64,000 nucleotides of DNA, taken from assembly GCA_002189035.1 (NCBI GenBank), contig NEEC01000015.1:2170001-2234000 (forward strand). The letters are read 5' to 3'. The first letter of the stretch is position 1. Every line of letters starts with the position of its first letter. The DNA comes from Utricularia gibba. Its lineage: Eukaryota > Plantae > Magnoliophyta. The position numbers and the translations under genes were made by a program. Below, one piece after another: positions 50,929 through 63,709 of this stretch. Below the pieces are notes generated by a model that worked only from the letters and a program-made list of their open reading frames with translations, had not been told where the DNA came from and ran no database searches.

Positions 50929-50950
50929 ATATATATATATATATATATAT
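50929..50950. repeat. (AT)11 microsatellite in an AT-rich spacer
   Basis: Read directly from the sequence. Confidence 0.9.
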
Positions 50951-52008
50951 TTTATATAATTAAATATTTTATTTTAATTTTTTGATGTGACATTATTTAT
51001 TCTAATAGTTTTTAACTATATGAATACAACGAAAGTTGAAAACTCTTCTTCGGTAAACTTTTTTAGGGTTTCGAAAATTACGTTGATTTGATAAATGCAT
51101 TTTGTAAAATATTTGAATAACAATTCCAAACATATTTTATAAAAAACTATTATATTACGCTGTTTTATTAATAAAGTGAAATTTGTTTATTTTTTTCATA
51201 TATTTACTAAAAATATATCATATTTATTTAACTATATAATATATTTATTTAAATGCATCGTTAATTAAATTACCATACGAAGGGCTACTGGTAAATCAAA
51301 ATATTCCCTTGTTTATTTTTGGAAGGCGTGAAATGTGAGTCCTGGGAAATGCATCGTGCTGGTTGGATGGGGAGGCGATGAATGGAAGGGTGAGTGGACT
51401 CGCAACACGCCCAATCAATCAATGGTGCAAGCGATCGGGATCGAGAATAAGATTCCAGCGCTACAGTCCGGCTTATCTCGATGACAAGAGTGGTGGGGGA
51501 AGGATCGAGTAGACGAAAGGGGCGTCGGAGTCCCCACGCCGTTCGATTAGAAATGGACGCGCATCTTAGTGGGCAAGGAGCAATGATTAGGAAAGAGGGG
51601 TGGGGGGAGATCCCAAGAAGAGGGCAGTCTCAAGGGTATGCTTCTTATTAGCATAGACGTATTGCGGTTTCTGATGGGGGTACACCGGCCGGAAATGCGT
51701 GCTCCTGGCAATTCGTTAATCAATCGCTTGTCTTTGTAGGTATCTTTTGGGGGTGTTTCCGATGGCATCAGAAGCTGATTCCACCCGCAAGTTCGATTGA
51801 AAAATTCGGGGAATAATCACAAGTATAATCGCGTCATCATCGTCGTCATGATGGTTTTGTTTACTGAAGCGGCCCCAGAAGGTCTCGGCTTTCAGTGCTG
51901 ACAATGCGACAGTCGTTTTCCGGGAGTTTTTCAGGGCTAGCGAGCTGCCCATAATGGTCTTTTTGCTTAGTCGCCGGAGTTTCTTCTGTGGTTCGGTACT
52001 AAATTTCG

Positions 52009-53232
52009 ATGGAAGCGCTGGGAAATGCCAATCCCCATCTTGGTGCAAATTATCCTCGCAAAAATGTCACCTTTGACGCTTCGAGACCTCGTGTTCGTCT
52101 TCGCAGACCGGAATATGTACCGCCACCCAGGACCCTGGAAATCAAATCGCCAGGCAGGAAACTGGAAGCCATTCGACCCATTTCCGGAGTTTCGGATGTT
52201 TTGCGATTGATGGACTGTCTAAAGTTGCCGGTACCAGTGGATATCTACACCTTGCTCATCAAAGAATGCATCGAATTCGGTGATCCCTCTCAGGCAATTG
52301 GGCTACATGAGCACTTGAGGAGGAGCGGGTTAGCCGTGAAGGTATCATTCGTGAATAGATTGCTGCTGATGTACGTCTCCGTTGGATGCTTGGACCTTGC
52401 CCGCCAAATGCTCGACTCAATGCCTGTAAGAGACGTGTGCTCGTGGATGGTTGTCATATCTGGGTTTGTCGAGAGCGGGAAACATGGCGAAGCCCTAGGT
52501 CTCTTTATTGAGATGATGGTACATGAAAGATGGGAAGAGTTGTACAATCGTCTCTCCGGGTCTTCCATTTCAGGTATTATGATCTATGTTCTCAAGGCTT
52601 GTTTGCAAACGAAGAACTTGGAAGCTGGGAAGCAAGTACATGGGCTGCTGTTAAAATTGGGCTGCTCTAGAAACGCTGCTTTGAGCAGTTTCTTGATCAA
52701 CTTCTATGGCAAACTGAACTGCTCGGATTCCGCCCAGATTGCTTTTGCACAGGCGGATACACCAAACAACACGGTCGCTTGGACATCGAGGATTGTCAAC
52801 TCCTGCAAAGAGAATAATATCAAAGAGCCGATCAGCCTGTTCAAAGACATGTGCAGACAGGGTGTGAAGAAGAACGCCTACACATTTTCTGCTCTCCTCA
52901 AAGCCTGTGGAAGTGGAAGTATGGCCGCTGCTGTAGTTGGTCAACAAGTTCATGCACAAGTGATGAAACACGGGCTTGAGTCACATCCTTATGTGCAGTG
53001 TGGGTTGATTGACTTGTATGGAAAACAGGGATCTCAGAAAGATGCAGCCCATTTGTTCAGAACAGGGAACGGGATCAGGAACGATGCTTGCTGCAATGCA
53101 ATTATTGCGAGTTGTGTTCGAAACAGGTTATACTCCGAAGCGATGGAAGTTATACATGAGATGGGCATCGCAGGGATGACACCCTCCGTGTCAGTGATGA
53201 ATGAGTTGAGCTTTCTCCTCAAGAGTTGCTAA
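52009..53232 (+). CDS. Pentatricopeptide repeat protein (PLS-like motifs, intronless)
   Basis: 407-aa ORF with PPR motifs: DIYTLLIKEC, NRLLLMYVSVGCLDLARQMLDSMPVRDVCSWMVVISG, GKQVHGLLLKLG, YTFSALLKAC and GQQVHAQVMKHG. Confidence 0.92.
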   Translation: MEALGNANPHLGANYPRKNVTFDASRPRVRLRRPEYVPPPRTLEIKSPGRKLEAIRPISGVSDVLRLMDCLKLPVPVDIYTLLIKECIEFGDPSQAIGLHEHLRRSGLAVKVSFVNRLLLMYVSVGCLDLARQMLDSMPVRDVCSWMVVISGFVESGKHGEALGLFIEMMVHERWEELYNRLSGSSISGIMIYVLKACLQTKNLEAGKQVHGLLLKLGCSRNAALSSFLINFYGKLNCSDSAQIAFAQADTPNNTVAWTSRIVNSCKENNIKEPISLFKDMCRQGVKKNAYTFSALLKACGSGSMAAAVVGQQVHAQVMKHGLESHPYVQCGLIDLYGKQGSQKDAAHLFRTGNGIRNDACCNAIIASCVRNRLYSEAMEVIHEMGIAGMTPSVSVMNELSFLLKSC

Positions 53233-55636
53233 CTGTAAGTAAAGCAATACTTCATGTTTAGAGTTTACTCAGCTTTCAGGCTCCAGCTTTGGCATAGAAA
53301 GAAAGCTTGTCAGTGTAGAAGCAAAGTTACTTAGGGAGACATATTTTCACCCCAACGGCAACTATAATCTGATTCTGCTGCTTTGGAAGAAACTATGATC
53401 TGGCCTTGAAATCATATTCTTTTCCGGCCCAATAGAATCCAACTCTCACAATATGCGCACTGTGGAGCCGCCACGTGGACAGTGCCTTTAATCATATGCT
53501 TTTCTTGGGAAGCATATGCCCCCATGTTACCGGGTTTCCTCAACCATCCTCTCCCCCGCCATTGACGCGTAACTCCAACACATCAATTTTGTTTTCAGCC
53601 TCATCCCTAATCCTCTCTGTTCTTAAAGTTTTCATTATTTGGAATGAGAATGATTGTATGTCGAGTTCTCAAGCTCGTATATTCTAGCCATCTTCGTTTG
53701 GCTGCAAAGGGCCTCACACTAAAATGAACACAAAGCATCAATCTTGATCATGCTCTTGCACGCGCTGCTCTTCAATGAAAAAGCTGATATGCAACTTGAT
53801 CGAGACACTGTGAATGAGAAGGGGCGGATTGGACCTGCTTTACGTGAACATCATTGTGGGGTCTGTGTGCTATCAATACGGTTACTTGCATTTTATCCCT
53901 TTCTTCACCTCCATAGCTCGTAACACGATCGACATTCACTCCAAGGAGGGAAGAGTTGAAACCCAGTAACCAGTAAACAATCTGAGAGTAGAGACTCTAG
54001 GATTACTATCCTTTTTTCTCTTGTTTTCCCTTGCTGTATGTATCTCGAGCGCGACATATATTTTTAGTGTAGAGTTTGTAAGAGAATGGTGATACAAACC
54101 ACATGAGCCTTGATGGCGAACCGCATGTGTTTCCTTTTGCTGTGGCCCGACAACTCACGTGCAGTCCCCATTGCAGTAACGCTATACATTTTAACTTTAA
54201 AAGTTGTAGTAGCAGTAGCAGTGTAGTTCAACTCCACTCTCCCATCTCGTCTGTCTCATCTCCTTCGACTTATTGCTATCCCGTTTTACGTCTTAAAGTG
54301 AAGTGGGACAATAATCATTCCCAAGAATCTTAAAAAAATGTGATAATTGTGCTTGTTTTGGATCTAAAGTGTGGAATTAGAGTACAAGAACCCCCACAGC
54401 CATTGAATAAGCCTTTGCCGTGGGGGCGTTTTGTTTACCGTACAACTTTTTGGATGCAGTATTTAATGGATTTATGGTTATGGGATCCTCTTACTGCAAT
54501 AAGTTTTGTTAAATCTTCTTGCTTTAACAATTTTTTGCTGAGATCGTGGAAAAGGTGAAGACTCGATGAGGAGGTTTACAGTCACATCTACTTCTTCAAC
54601 TGAACTAGATGGTTTAATATAATCAATCTGTCCTTGAGTAAAGCTTCAAACTTTACGTTTGATGTCAGGGGAAAGGTGGTGTGGGATCAGAGCTTTTCGT
54701 GATCATCAAATTGTTTTTCACCACATAATGGGTTTGGAAATCACACCAAGCCCCAGGTGAAAAGTGAAAGCTTGTAAACGGGAATCTTGAGAATGAAATG
54801 GAGACCGGATTCGATTCGCGTAAAGAAAAAGTAGGATGGAAAGCGGCATTGATGACAACCTTTAAAGAAAGAAAAACCCAGTTGAAGGACAGCTAGTTTG
54901 TACGCGGTTACCGTAAAATATATGCCTGTTCCGTTAAAAGCTGTCAAAATCTTGGAAATTTATGGTATATATGCCAAAGAGTTTGGCAAGATGTGTTGCT
55001 ATATGTACTCAATATTACAGTGAAGGGATCTTGTAGTTTGTTTTGCCTCCGAGGTCCCTCTCTTAGTTCATGCCTTTTGTATATTTTCATGGCTTCTGAA
55101 GTTGAGGAATAGCGGGAAAGTTGGTGGGGATACTCTGTTGGAGGTAGCTTTTCGTGGGTCTGAGAATCAATCCTGCGTAATAAATTTTCTACCTAGTTTT
55201 CTGCTCGTGTGGATGATCTTGATCTTCTTGATTTTACGTTTCTTGGATTTTGCACGCAGTAAGATTTGACTTGGGTCTGTGGATTTGATGATCTTGTGAA
55301 ACGATTCAGTTTCTTTTCTTGATTTCTTGGACGAAATCATTTCCCCACTTCTCTGTCAATCCTTTTCATGGTTCTTCTTCTTTGAACGAAGGGCTTCTCT
55401 TTTGCTGAAGTTCTGATTCACAAGCCTTGCATGCTACGTTCTTGTTTCTCCTAAACTACAAAGTATGTACGGTTCAGATTTAGTTTGTGTTCTCTGGATC
55501 CGAATCATCATCACTGTTGAGTTTTGTGTCTTTATCAGTGGAATAGTGAGCTTCGCTGAATCTTTCACCTTCGAAAGCCATTGGATATGACACTTTTTCG
55601 ATCAACCGTGCAGGCTCTGGCGAGATCCTTTGCATC

Positions 55637-57895
55637 ATGAAGCACAAAGATGGCAAAACGGTTCATCAATCAGAGAGGGGTCCAAGGAAGGCTCCCCTGA
55701 TCGTAGTTTTTGTAGCGCTATGTGGATTATCCTTTTACCTTGGTGGGATCTTTGGTCCGGAGATGTATCCGGAAGCAACTAAAACAGTTGAAGCTCACGC
55801 TGCTGTTGCGCCTCTCCAAACAGGGCCTGCAACTTTTCCTGAGTGTACACAAGATTTCCAGGATTACACTCCCTGCACTGATCCGAATGTAAGATGCCTA
55901 GCCTTTATGGTGCCTGAGGTTACCTGTGACTGAATCTCAAGGGGTTTTGGATCTTACAGAGGTGGAGGAAATTCAGCAGTCATCGACTTTCGTTCCTTGA
56001 GCGGCACTGTCCGCCACCATCCGAAAGGAAGGAATGCTTAGTTCCACCTCCCGCCGGCTACAAGGCTCCTATTAGATGGCCAAAGAGCAGAGATGAATGC
56101 TGGTACAGGTATGGGAGGATGCTACTTGATTGATGCCTTCTTGCAATTGATCCGATTCCATAGCATGTATCAAAAAAATCTGTCTGGAACGTCTTAGGAA
56201 TGTGCCATATGACTGGATCAACAAAGAGAAGTCGAACCAGCATTGGCTGAAGAAGGAAGGGGAGAAGTTCCTTTTCCCGGGTGGAGGCACTATGTTCCCT
56301 AATGGGGTTGCTGCATATGTTGATCTGATGGAAAAACTGATCCCTGAGATGAAGGATGGAACCATCCGTACCGCCATTGACACCGGCTGTGGGGTGAGCT
56401 ACTCTTATAAACAGCTTGAAGTTTGCTGGTTGATCAAATCACAGAACATTCTTATTCTCTTCAGGTTGCTAGTTGGGGAGGTGATTTACTGGATCGTGGG
56501 ATTCTGACTGTCTCTTTGGCGCCCCGAGATAACCATGAAGCACAAGTTCAGTTCGCCCTGGAGCGTGGAATCCCTGCAATTCTGGGGATCATCTCCACGC
56601 AAAGACTCCCTTTTCCCTCGAGCTCATTTGACTTGGCACACTGCTCCAGATGCCTTATTCCATGGACTGAATTCGGTAACTGCTTTGCTGTTCTCGCGTG
56701 TTCTGTAGTTATCATGTGTGTAACTTCCATGTGGTTCACATTCAGGTGGGATTTATCTCTTGGAGATACATCGTATTCTTCGTCCTGGCGGCTTCTGGGT
56801 ACTGTCTGGACCACCGGTGAACTATGAGAATCATTGGAAGGGATGGAACACAACAGTAGAAGAGCAGAAAACAAATTACAAGAAGCTGCAACAGTTGCTT
56901 ACCTCAATGTGCTTCAAGCTGTACAAGACGAAGGACGACTTTGCAATTTGGCAGAAATCATCGGATAACAGCTGCTACAAGAAAATGGATTCCTCTGAAC
57001 ATTACCCTCCAAAATGTGATGACGGAACAGAACCTGATTCGGCCTGGTACACTCCAATCCGGCCATGTGTTGTTGTTACTGATCCCAAGTACAAAAAGGT
57101 GAGCCTCAAGTCATTGGCGAAGTGGCCTGAGCGGTTGCACGCCGCCCCGAGCGTGTCTCAGATCTCCCCGGTGGCAGCAGTGGCTCCTTCAAGCAAGATG
57201 ATGCCAAATGGAAAACAAGAACGAAGCACTACCAGAAGCTGCTCCCTGCATTAGGCACCGACAAGATCAGAAATGTGATGGACATGAATACTCTCTTTGG
57301 CGGTTTTGCTGCTGCACTGGTGGATTCCCCGGTGTGGGTGATGAATGTCGTCTCGTCGTACTCCCAGAACACACTTGCCGTTGTCTTTGACAGGGGCTCA
57401 TCGGGACGTACCATGATTGGTAAGCAATGCTTTCTTTTCTTTACACTCGACAGGAGTAAGCTTTCTTGCTAACTGTGTGCTCTGTGTCATCTTCTCAGGT
57501 GCGAGGCATTTTCAACTTATCCTCGTACATACGATCTTCTTCACGCTGATGGCCTTTTTACAGCTGAAGCTCATCGGTAGGTCGAGTTTAGGATCTACCT
57601 GTTTCATCATCCAACAAGAAAAACAGAGCATCCATGCACATACTTCTGACATTTTGTTCTACTTGTGTGCAGATGTGAAATGAAGCATGTTCTGCTAGAA
57701 ATGGACCGCATTCTCCGGCCACATGGATATGCGATCATCCGTGAAACCAGTCCGTTCATCGATATGGTTGCCTCTATCGCCAAAGGGATGAGATGGGGTT
57801 GTCGCAAAGAGAACACTGAACATGGAAAAACACAGGAGAAGATACTGGTTTGCCAAAAGAAACTCTGGTATTTCACAAAAAAGACATCAAAATGA
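55637..57895 (+). CDS. Putative pectin methyltransferase PMT20/PMT21 (ERD3-like, DUF248), multi-exon
   Basis: Type-[36 protein letters not shown]|[47 protein letters not shown] and [10 protein letters not shown]. Apparent -1 indels at 57145-57148 and 57393-57396. Confidence 0.93.
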
Positions 57896-58246
57896 GAGAC
57901 TGAGACCACGAATTTATGGAGTTGTGGTTGAAGGTTTTTGCATGTCCAGAGGGAGAAACAGAGTACTGCAAATCCGTAGCTGAAGAAGATTCACATACAA
58001 CTCACACAAATTCTTTGTCTTGTTCCTGTATTGTTGAAACAACTTTTGCTGTTCGATCAAAAATCTTGTCAGATCATGGATCGGGACAACATGATAGAAC
58101 AGAATTATTCAGGACATGGGAATCAAGTTTACAACAAGAAGAAGTTGCATCACGCAAATACGAATCGAAACAATGAGAAAATTCCATAAACATGCGACAT
58201 GAAAACCATAAGATGAGCTCCACAGGATGATGGTATGTTTGTTTGA

Positions 58247-59669
58247 TCAGCTAGAATTTGGAAACTCACCAGTCTGCGAGTAGGCATTCCCTGAAGAAAA
58301 ATCAGATGAACCCCTGGGAATAGATATGGAAAGCTGAGTAGAGGAGAAGATATTCTTGTCTGTTCCATCGTCAGCATCCACAGACCATGATTCCTTCATG
58401 CTCGGCCACTCGTTGAAGAAAGGATGAACAGGCTGCTCTTCTTGCTTTCCAGCGATGCTATCGTTTCCTAGAAAGGAATGCTGCTGCCTCTGTTTCGAAC
58501 CCACGGGGTCAAATGCATGAGCCAAGTTCTGTTGAGTGGAGTTGGAGCTCAGCAACAAAGAATCAGCTTTTGGTTTTAGTAAAGAAGGCGAAGATACTTG
58601 AGATGGCATCAGCCTCCATGAGTTGGTTCCTGCACCAGAGGAAGCCTCCGAAGGAAACACACAGCCATCCGTTTCAGAAGCCAGCCCCGGAATGCACCTG
58701 CACGTCAACACTGACTTTCATGAGTATCATCATAATGATGCATAGAAAATTGTCAAAAACCAGAAATATGTGTATTCTCCAATCCCTTTTGCATCAGGAC
58801 ACCTTTACCTTTAGAAAACCACAGAATCCAGGGGCAAGAAGTATTTTATTCATGATAGCAGAGTATTTAGACAACGAAGGGAGATGAAAAGAATACCTTA
58901 GTTCTTTGTTATAAATCCCATATGGGAGATTATCCATCTGGAGCTTCGACAAGCTGCCAGCATAAGAAGATCCTTCAGAACAAACAGCAGAATACAAGTG
59001 CATCCTTTGAAGATTTCCACTGCCACTACTTTGAAAACTTATTGTGTTAGTAGCAGAACCACTAGAAATGTGCGTCATTGCAGTTGGCAATGTCTGGGAA
59101 GTAGATTGGGATTCCACAGGCTTTCTTGAACGGTTGCGACCACGGTGCATGTGCCGCTCGCAATACTTTGAGTCTGGATGTGCATCCTTTGAACATCTCC
59201 ACTTCTTTCCATCTGTCCTTCGGCATCTCCCAGGCTCAGGATCAAATTTCTTCCCATAATACGAAACATATCCTACTGCAAAAGTTTTTTGAAATTTTAC
59301 AATACATTGCATCTTGTAATAATCAAAGCACAAGCAAATCACAGTGTACATCAAGACACCACACTCATGTTTCACCAAAAAGCATAAAACACAACTGTAA
59401 ATGTAAGCACATGTTAACAAATTTTCACAGAGGAGTAGATGTTTACATGAAGGATGATGGAGGAGACGAGAGGAAATGGCATCCAGACTGTGACGAATAG
59501 GCATAACAAGATCTGGAGGGACAGGCAGACCAGCTACCAGGTACTTGTATATCATGGCTTGGTGCTCCAGCTCCTGCCACTGCCCTGCAGTGAAAGGTGG
59601 TCGATGACCACCATATCCCCTATCTTGACTACTCCCCATTGCCAATGAAGTAGTTGCGGTGCCACTCAT
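58247..59669 (-). CDS. GRF: Growth-regulating factor (QLQ + WRC), tandem copy A; 3' end approximate
   Basis: [73 protein letters not shown] and C-terminal HPFFNEWP and STQLSISIP motifs. Confidence 0.95.
59112..59132 (-). promoter_or_regulatory. miR396 target site in GRF copy A
   Basis: mRNA CGTTCAAGAAAGCCTGTGGAA (RSRKPVE) is the canonical GRF miR396 site. Confidence 0.93.
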
Positions 59670-60494
59670 TTTATTACTTCAGGTTCTCAGTCTTTATGAA
59701 AAGAAACCACCTTGAGCGATATCGACAGTATCATTCACCTTAACCTGGCCGTCATTTCAGTTTCTGCATAGCCTGCACTTGTGATCAAAGGAAAAACAGT
59801 TAGAAGTTCTACAAACACTAGAAAACTAATCCACTAGAGCTTGGAACACTCATTGATTCTTCGGCGTCCATTCAAAATGTCATTTTTGTAAAATCTAAGA
59901 CCCAAATCTTTTGAACCAAAGTTTACTTATGCTAAGATATGCCATGAGCAACAGAAGGACGAACCCATTATTTCAAAAAAGCTCAAGTAGCAATTTTTTT
60001 CTCCTCGAAGAAAAGCAGCTGCAGAAATAACGAGTGGAAGCCATAAAGATTAAAGGAAAAAAAATGCTGCTTTCAGACAAAACACAGAAACACAGGCAGC
60101 CATGAGCAAAGGCCTTCACAAATGTAAATCAAGAATTCACATACAGAGAGTGCAGATCTAGGGCTTACCCGGCCATGAATGACAAACTTCCCATATAATA
60201 AAGAAGAGGAAACAAAAGCTGGTTGGTGCTGCCCTCAAGAAAAAGTTCTAATCTTTCATGTATGCTGAAGCAGTACTGCAGTCAAGCCAATACAAGTTGA
60301 CTGTTACCTTGAATACTCACTGGGGCATCAGCCATTTCCTAGCTGACCAGACTTGGGGAAATATCAGAGACTACGCTTTCTGAAGAAGCCTCAGAGAGCT
60401 TTAGTGGACCCAGACGAAGAGGATACTTGGCGCCCGAATGTGCAACAGAGTCTGTTAACTAATGCTCTCTGAGATTAAGAGGGGCATCTAATAA

Positions 60495-60521
60495 AATAAT
60501 AATAATAACAACAACAACAAC
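60495..60521. repeat. Compound (AAT)4(AAC)5 microsatellite
   Basis: Read directly from the sequence. Confidence 0.8.
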
Positions 60522-61510
60522 AAACCCTTTTTTAGCATCAACTCAGGAACAGATCGAACCCACTAGGCTAGACACCCGGCAAGTTATAGCGAGTGACAGA
60601 TCTTAGGAGCAATCTTTGCTATCTTCCCCTCTTTAAAAGATTCCCACTTTTTGGGTTTACACAAACATACGAACGCTCGCAAAAATAATAAGCACAATCA
60701 ACATGGTGTTAACAAATAGTGCAGAATGAGATATAACTGTGTGTTTTCATCGAATCCAGAGTATGATTCTTGTGTATCCACAATGCGTTTAGTTTCGGGA
60801 ATGTCGAGTGCTTCTTGGGAGGAGGCATGGATGGGGTGTGGGAGACAACTCGGTTAGGGGTGTGGTCACGGAGAGAGCGCCATTATATGTCTGAAGCTCG
60901 GGGTGGTCCCGTGATGTTAACGCATCATGTAATAACGCGATGAAAAACAACTACATCTCTATGAAATTTCTTTGCAATAATGATATTAAATTCAGAAAGG
61001 GAAAGCAAACAAACAACTGTAAGAAACTTTGTCTTCAAGGTTAAAAGATTCCATGTGTGGAGAAAAAGGCCAACTAGTGTCACATGAAGAGACACAATGG
61101 CATCAATGTCTTTTTTATCATCCCATTCCTTCTCTTGCCCTGCCCCCCTCCAAGGCAGTCTGGTCCGACATGATTTTGTGCTGTTCTTTATACCTTGGTT
61201 TTATTGTTCTTTTATTCTTGGATGTTGCAACAGTAAAGGGATCACAGGTGACGTTGGATCATCCGGGTAGCTCGGTTATAGGAAAAAAATGTATCCAGAA
61301 ACACAGTCAGACAGGAGTCACGGAGACTGTTGCAAGTTCAGTTTGTGTGAAGAAATGTAAGTTCTTTGGAATTGTGTGTTTTGAACCTGCTTCAGGTTAA
61401 GCTTCCAACAATAGTTGCATTACAAGTTCAAGTTAAAAAGACGAGAAAACTAGGCTAATGCTCCATAAGAAAAATAACAATAGTTCCCCGAGATGAAAAT
61501 AACGATGGTG

Positions 61511-62933
61511 TCACTTGGGGTTGGGAAAGTCACTGTTCTGTGAGTATGCATTCCCTGAAGAGAAATCTGAGGAGCCTCTGGGAATGGAGATGGATAGCTG
61601 AGTTGAGGAGAAGATGTTCTTGTCTGCCCCATCATCGACATCCACAGACCATGATTCCTTCGTGGTAGGCCACTCGCTAAAGAAAGGATGAACAGGGTGC
61701 TGCTCTTGCTTCCCAGTGGCAGTATCGTTTCCTAGAAAGCAATGCTGCAGCCTCTGTTTTGAATCCATGGGGTCAAAAGCATGAGCCAAATCCTGTTGAT
61801 TTGACGAGTTGGAGTTGCGCAACAGAGAATCAGCTTTGGATTTGAGCACCGAGGTTGAAGATACTTGAGATGGCATGAGCCTCCATGAGCTGCTTCCTGC
61901 ACCGAAGCCTGCACCAAGGGATCCAACACCAGAAGAAGCCTCCAAAGGAAACGTATGATCATCTGAATCAGAGGCCAGCCCAGGAATGTACCTGCATTGC
62001 GACATCTGGTTACGAAAGCATCCCACAAAATTGGAAAGGCATTATATTATCCAGAACATGATAAGTACCTTAATTCTTTGTTATCAATCCCAAAAGAGAT
62101 ATTTTCCATCTGGAGCTTCGAGATGCTCCCTCCATAAGATCCCTCAGAACCGCCGACTGAATACAGAGGCATGTTCTGAAAGCTCCCACTGCCACTGGTT
62201 TGAAAGCTTATGGTGTTCGTAGCAGGGCCACTAGAAATGTGAGCCGTGGGAGCCGGTGACGACTGGGAAGTAGACTGAGATTCCACAGGCTTTCTTGAAC
62301 GGTTTCGACCACGATGCATGTGCCGCTCGCAGTACTTGGAGTCTGGATGTGCATCCTTTGAGCATCTCCACTTCTTCCCATCTGTCCTTCGGCATCTCCC
62401 AGGTTCAGGATCAAACTTCTTGCCGTAGTAAGAAACATAACCCACTGCAAATATGAACAGAAGACTTTACAACGTAAAAATGAATCTGCAAACTCTTTGC
62501 AGCTTAGAACACTAGAAGGAGGTTCAATAACAGGTAATGCTAACACAATCTCTCATAAGCTTGAAGATTAGCACACGCCCAAAGACTACAAAGAAAACCA
62601 GGGAGTCACATTCACAGGATGCATTGTTTATTCTGGATTTCCAGGGTTCCCAAAGGCACCAACCACAGAAGTAATCACATTTTCCAACAGAGGAGTAGGT
62701 AGATGATTACGTGAAGGATGGTGGAAGAGACGTGCAGATATTGCATCGAAACTGTGTCGAATGGGCATCACAAGATCTGGTGGGACAGGCAGACCAGCTA
62801 CCAGGTACTTGTATATCATGGCTTGGTGCTCCAGCTCCTGCCATTGACCTGCAGTAAAAGGTGGTCGATAACCACCATATCCCCCATCTCGACCACCGCC
62901 AATCGTCAACGAAGTTGATGCAGTCCCGCTCAT
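61511..62933 (-). CDS. GRF: Growth-regulating factor (QLQ + WRC), tandem copy B; 3' end approximate
   Basis: Same exon structure and near-identical QLQ/WRC to copy A, offset by 3264 bp between start codons; HPFFSEWP and STQLSISIP motifs. Confidence 0.95.
62281..62301 (-). promoter_or_regulatory. miR396 target site in GRF copy B
   Basis: Identical 21-nt CGTTCAAGAAAGCCTGTGGAA. Confidence 0.93.
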
Positions 62934-63691
62934 TTTCGTCTTTTATATTCTCTTATCTTTACAAACAGGAACCCCGTTAAGCAAGATCCAAAATTTTACT
63001 CAGCTAAACGCAGACCTGCAGTTATGGTCGCCATGAAATCAGTCAGCAAGCTTATAAACACCAGAAAACTAACTAGCGGCATATCAGCTCTTTTTCAAGA
63101 TTTTGCATTAAGATTCTAATCTAGAACTTGGAAACCAAAATCTACTTAAGATACACTAAGCTGACAGCGACAACGGAACGAACTTATTATTTCAAAAGGG
63201 TCGACATTGCATTTTTCAAAACTTCAAAGCGAGGAAAAGCAGTTGCAGGAGAAAAAAAGAGAAGAAACCATAAAGGAAAACAGCCAAGGTAACGTTATAC
63301 GCATAAGAAAGACCTGGCATGAAAAAAAAATGCTGCTTTCAGACAGAACAAAACCACTGGCAGTTAATAGCAAGAGAAGGACAAGTGTTCATCCACATAC
63401 AGAGAGCGCAGATCTAGGGTTTGGCCAAACATGGAAGGCAAAGTTCCTCAGAGAAGAAAGAAGAGGAAATAAAAGCTGGTAAATGTTCCCCCACACACAA
63501 AAAAAAGTTGGAATTTTTTCCAAGTACACTGAAACACTGGCAATCTGAAGCCAATAGAAGTTGGGTGACTTGAGTGATGCTCAAAGCATAAGAGTGATTG
63601 ATACTCACTGGAAGCACTTGCCATTTTTTCTGGTGACCGACGGTTGAGAAGTCTCAGAGATTCCGTTGTTATGAAATGAGAGGGTTAATGC

Positions 63692-63709
63692 AAGAAGAAG
63701 AAGAAGAAG
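63692..63709. repeat. (AAG)6 microsatellite
   Basis: Read directly from the sequence. Confidence 0.85.

Noticed and set aside
53600-55620. Long ORF-poor stretch upstream of PMT
   Set aside because: Pyrimidine-rich with an acceptor just before the ATG (TGCAG near 55613); consistent with a promoter plus 5'-UTR intron(s), and no distinct structure was seen.
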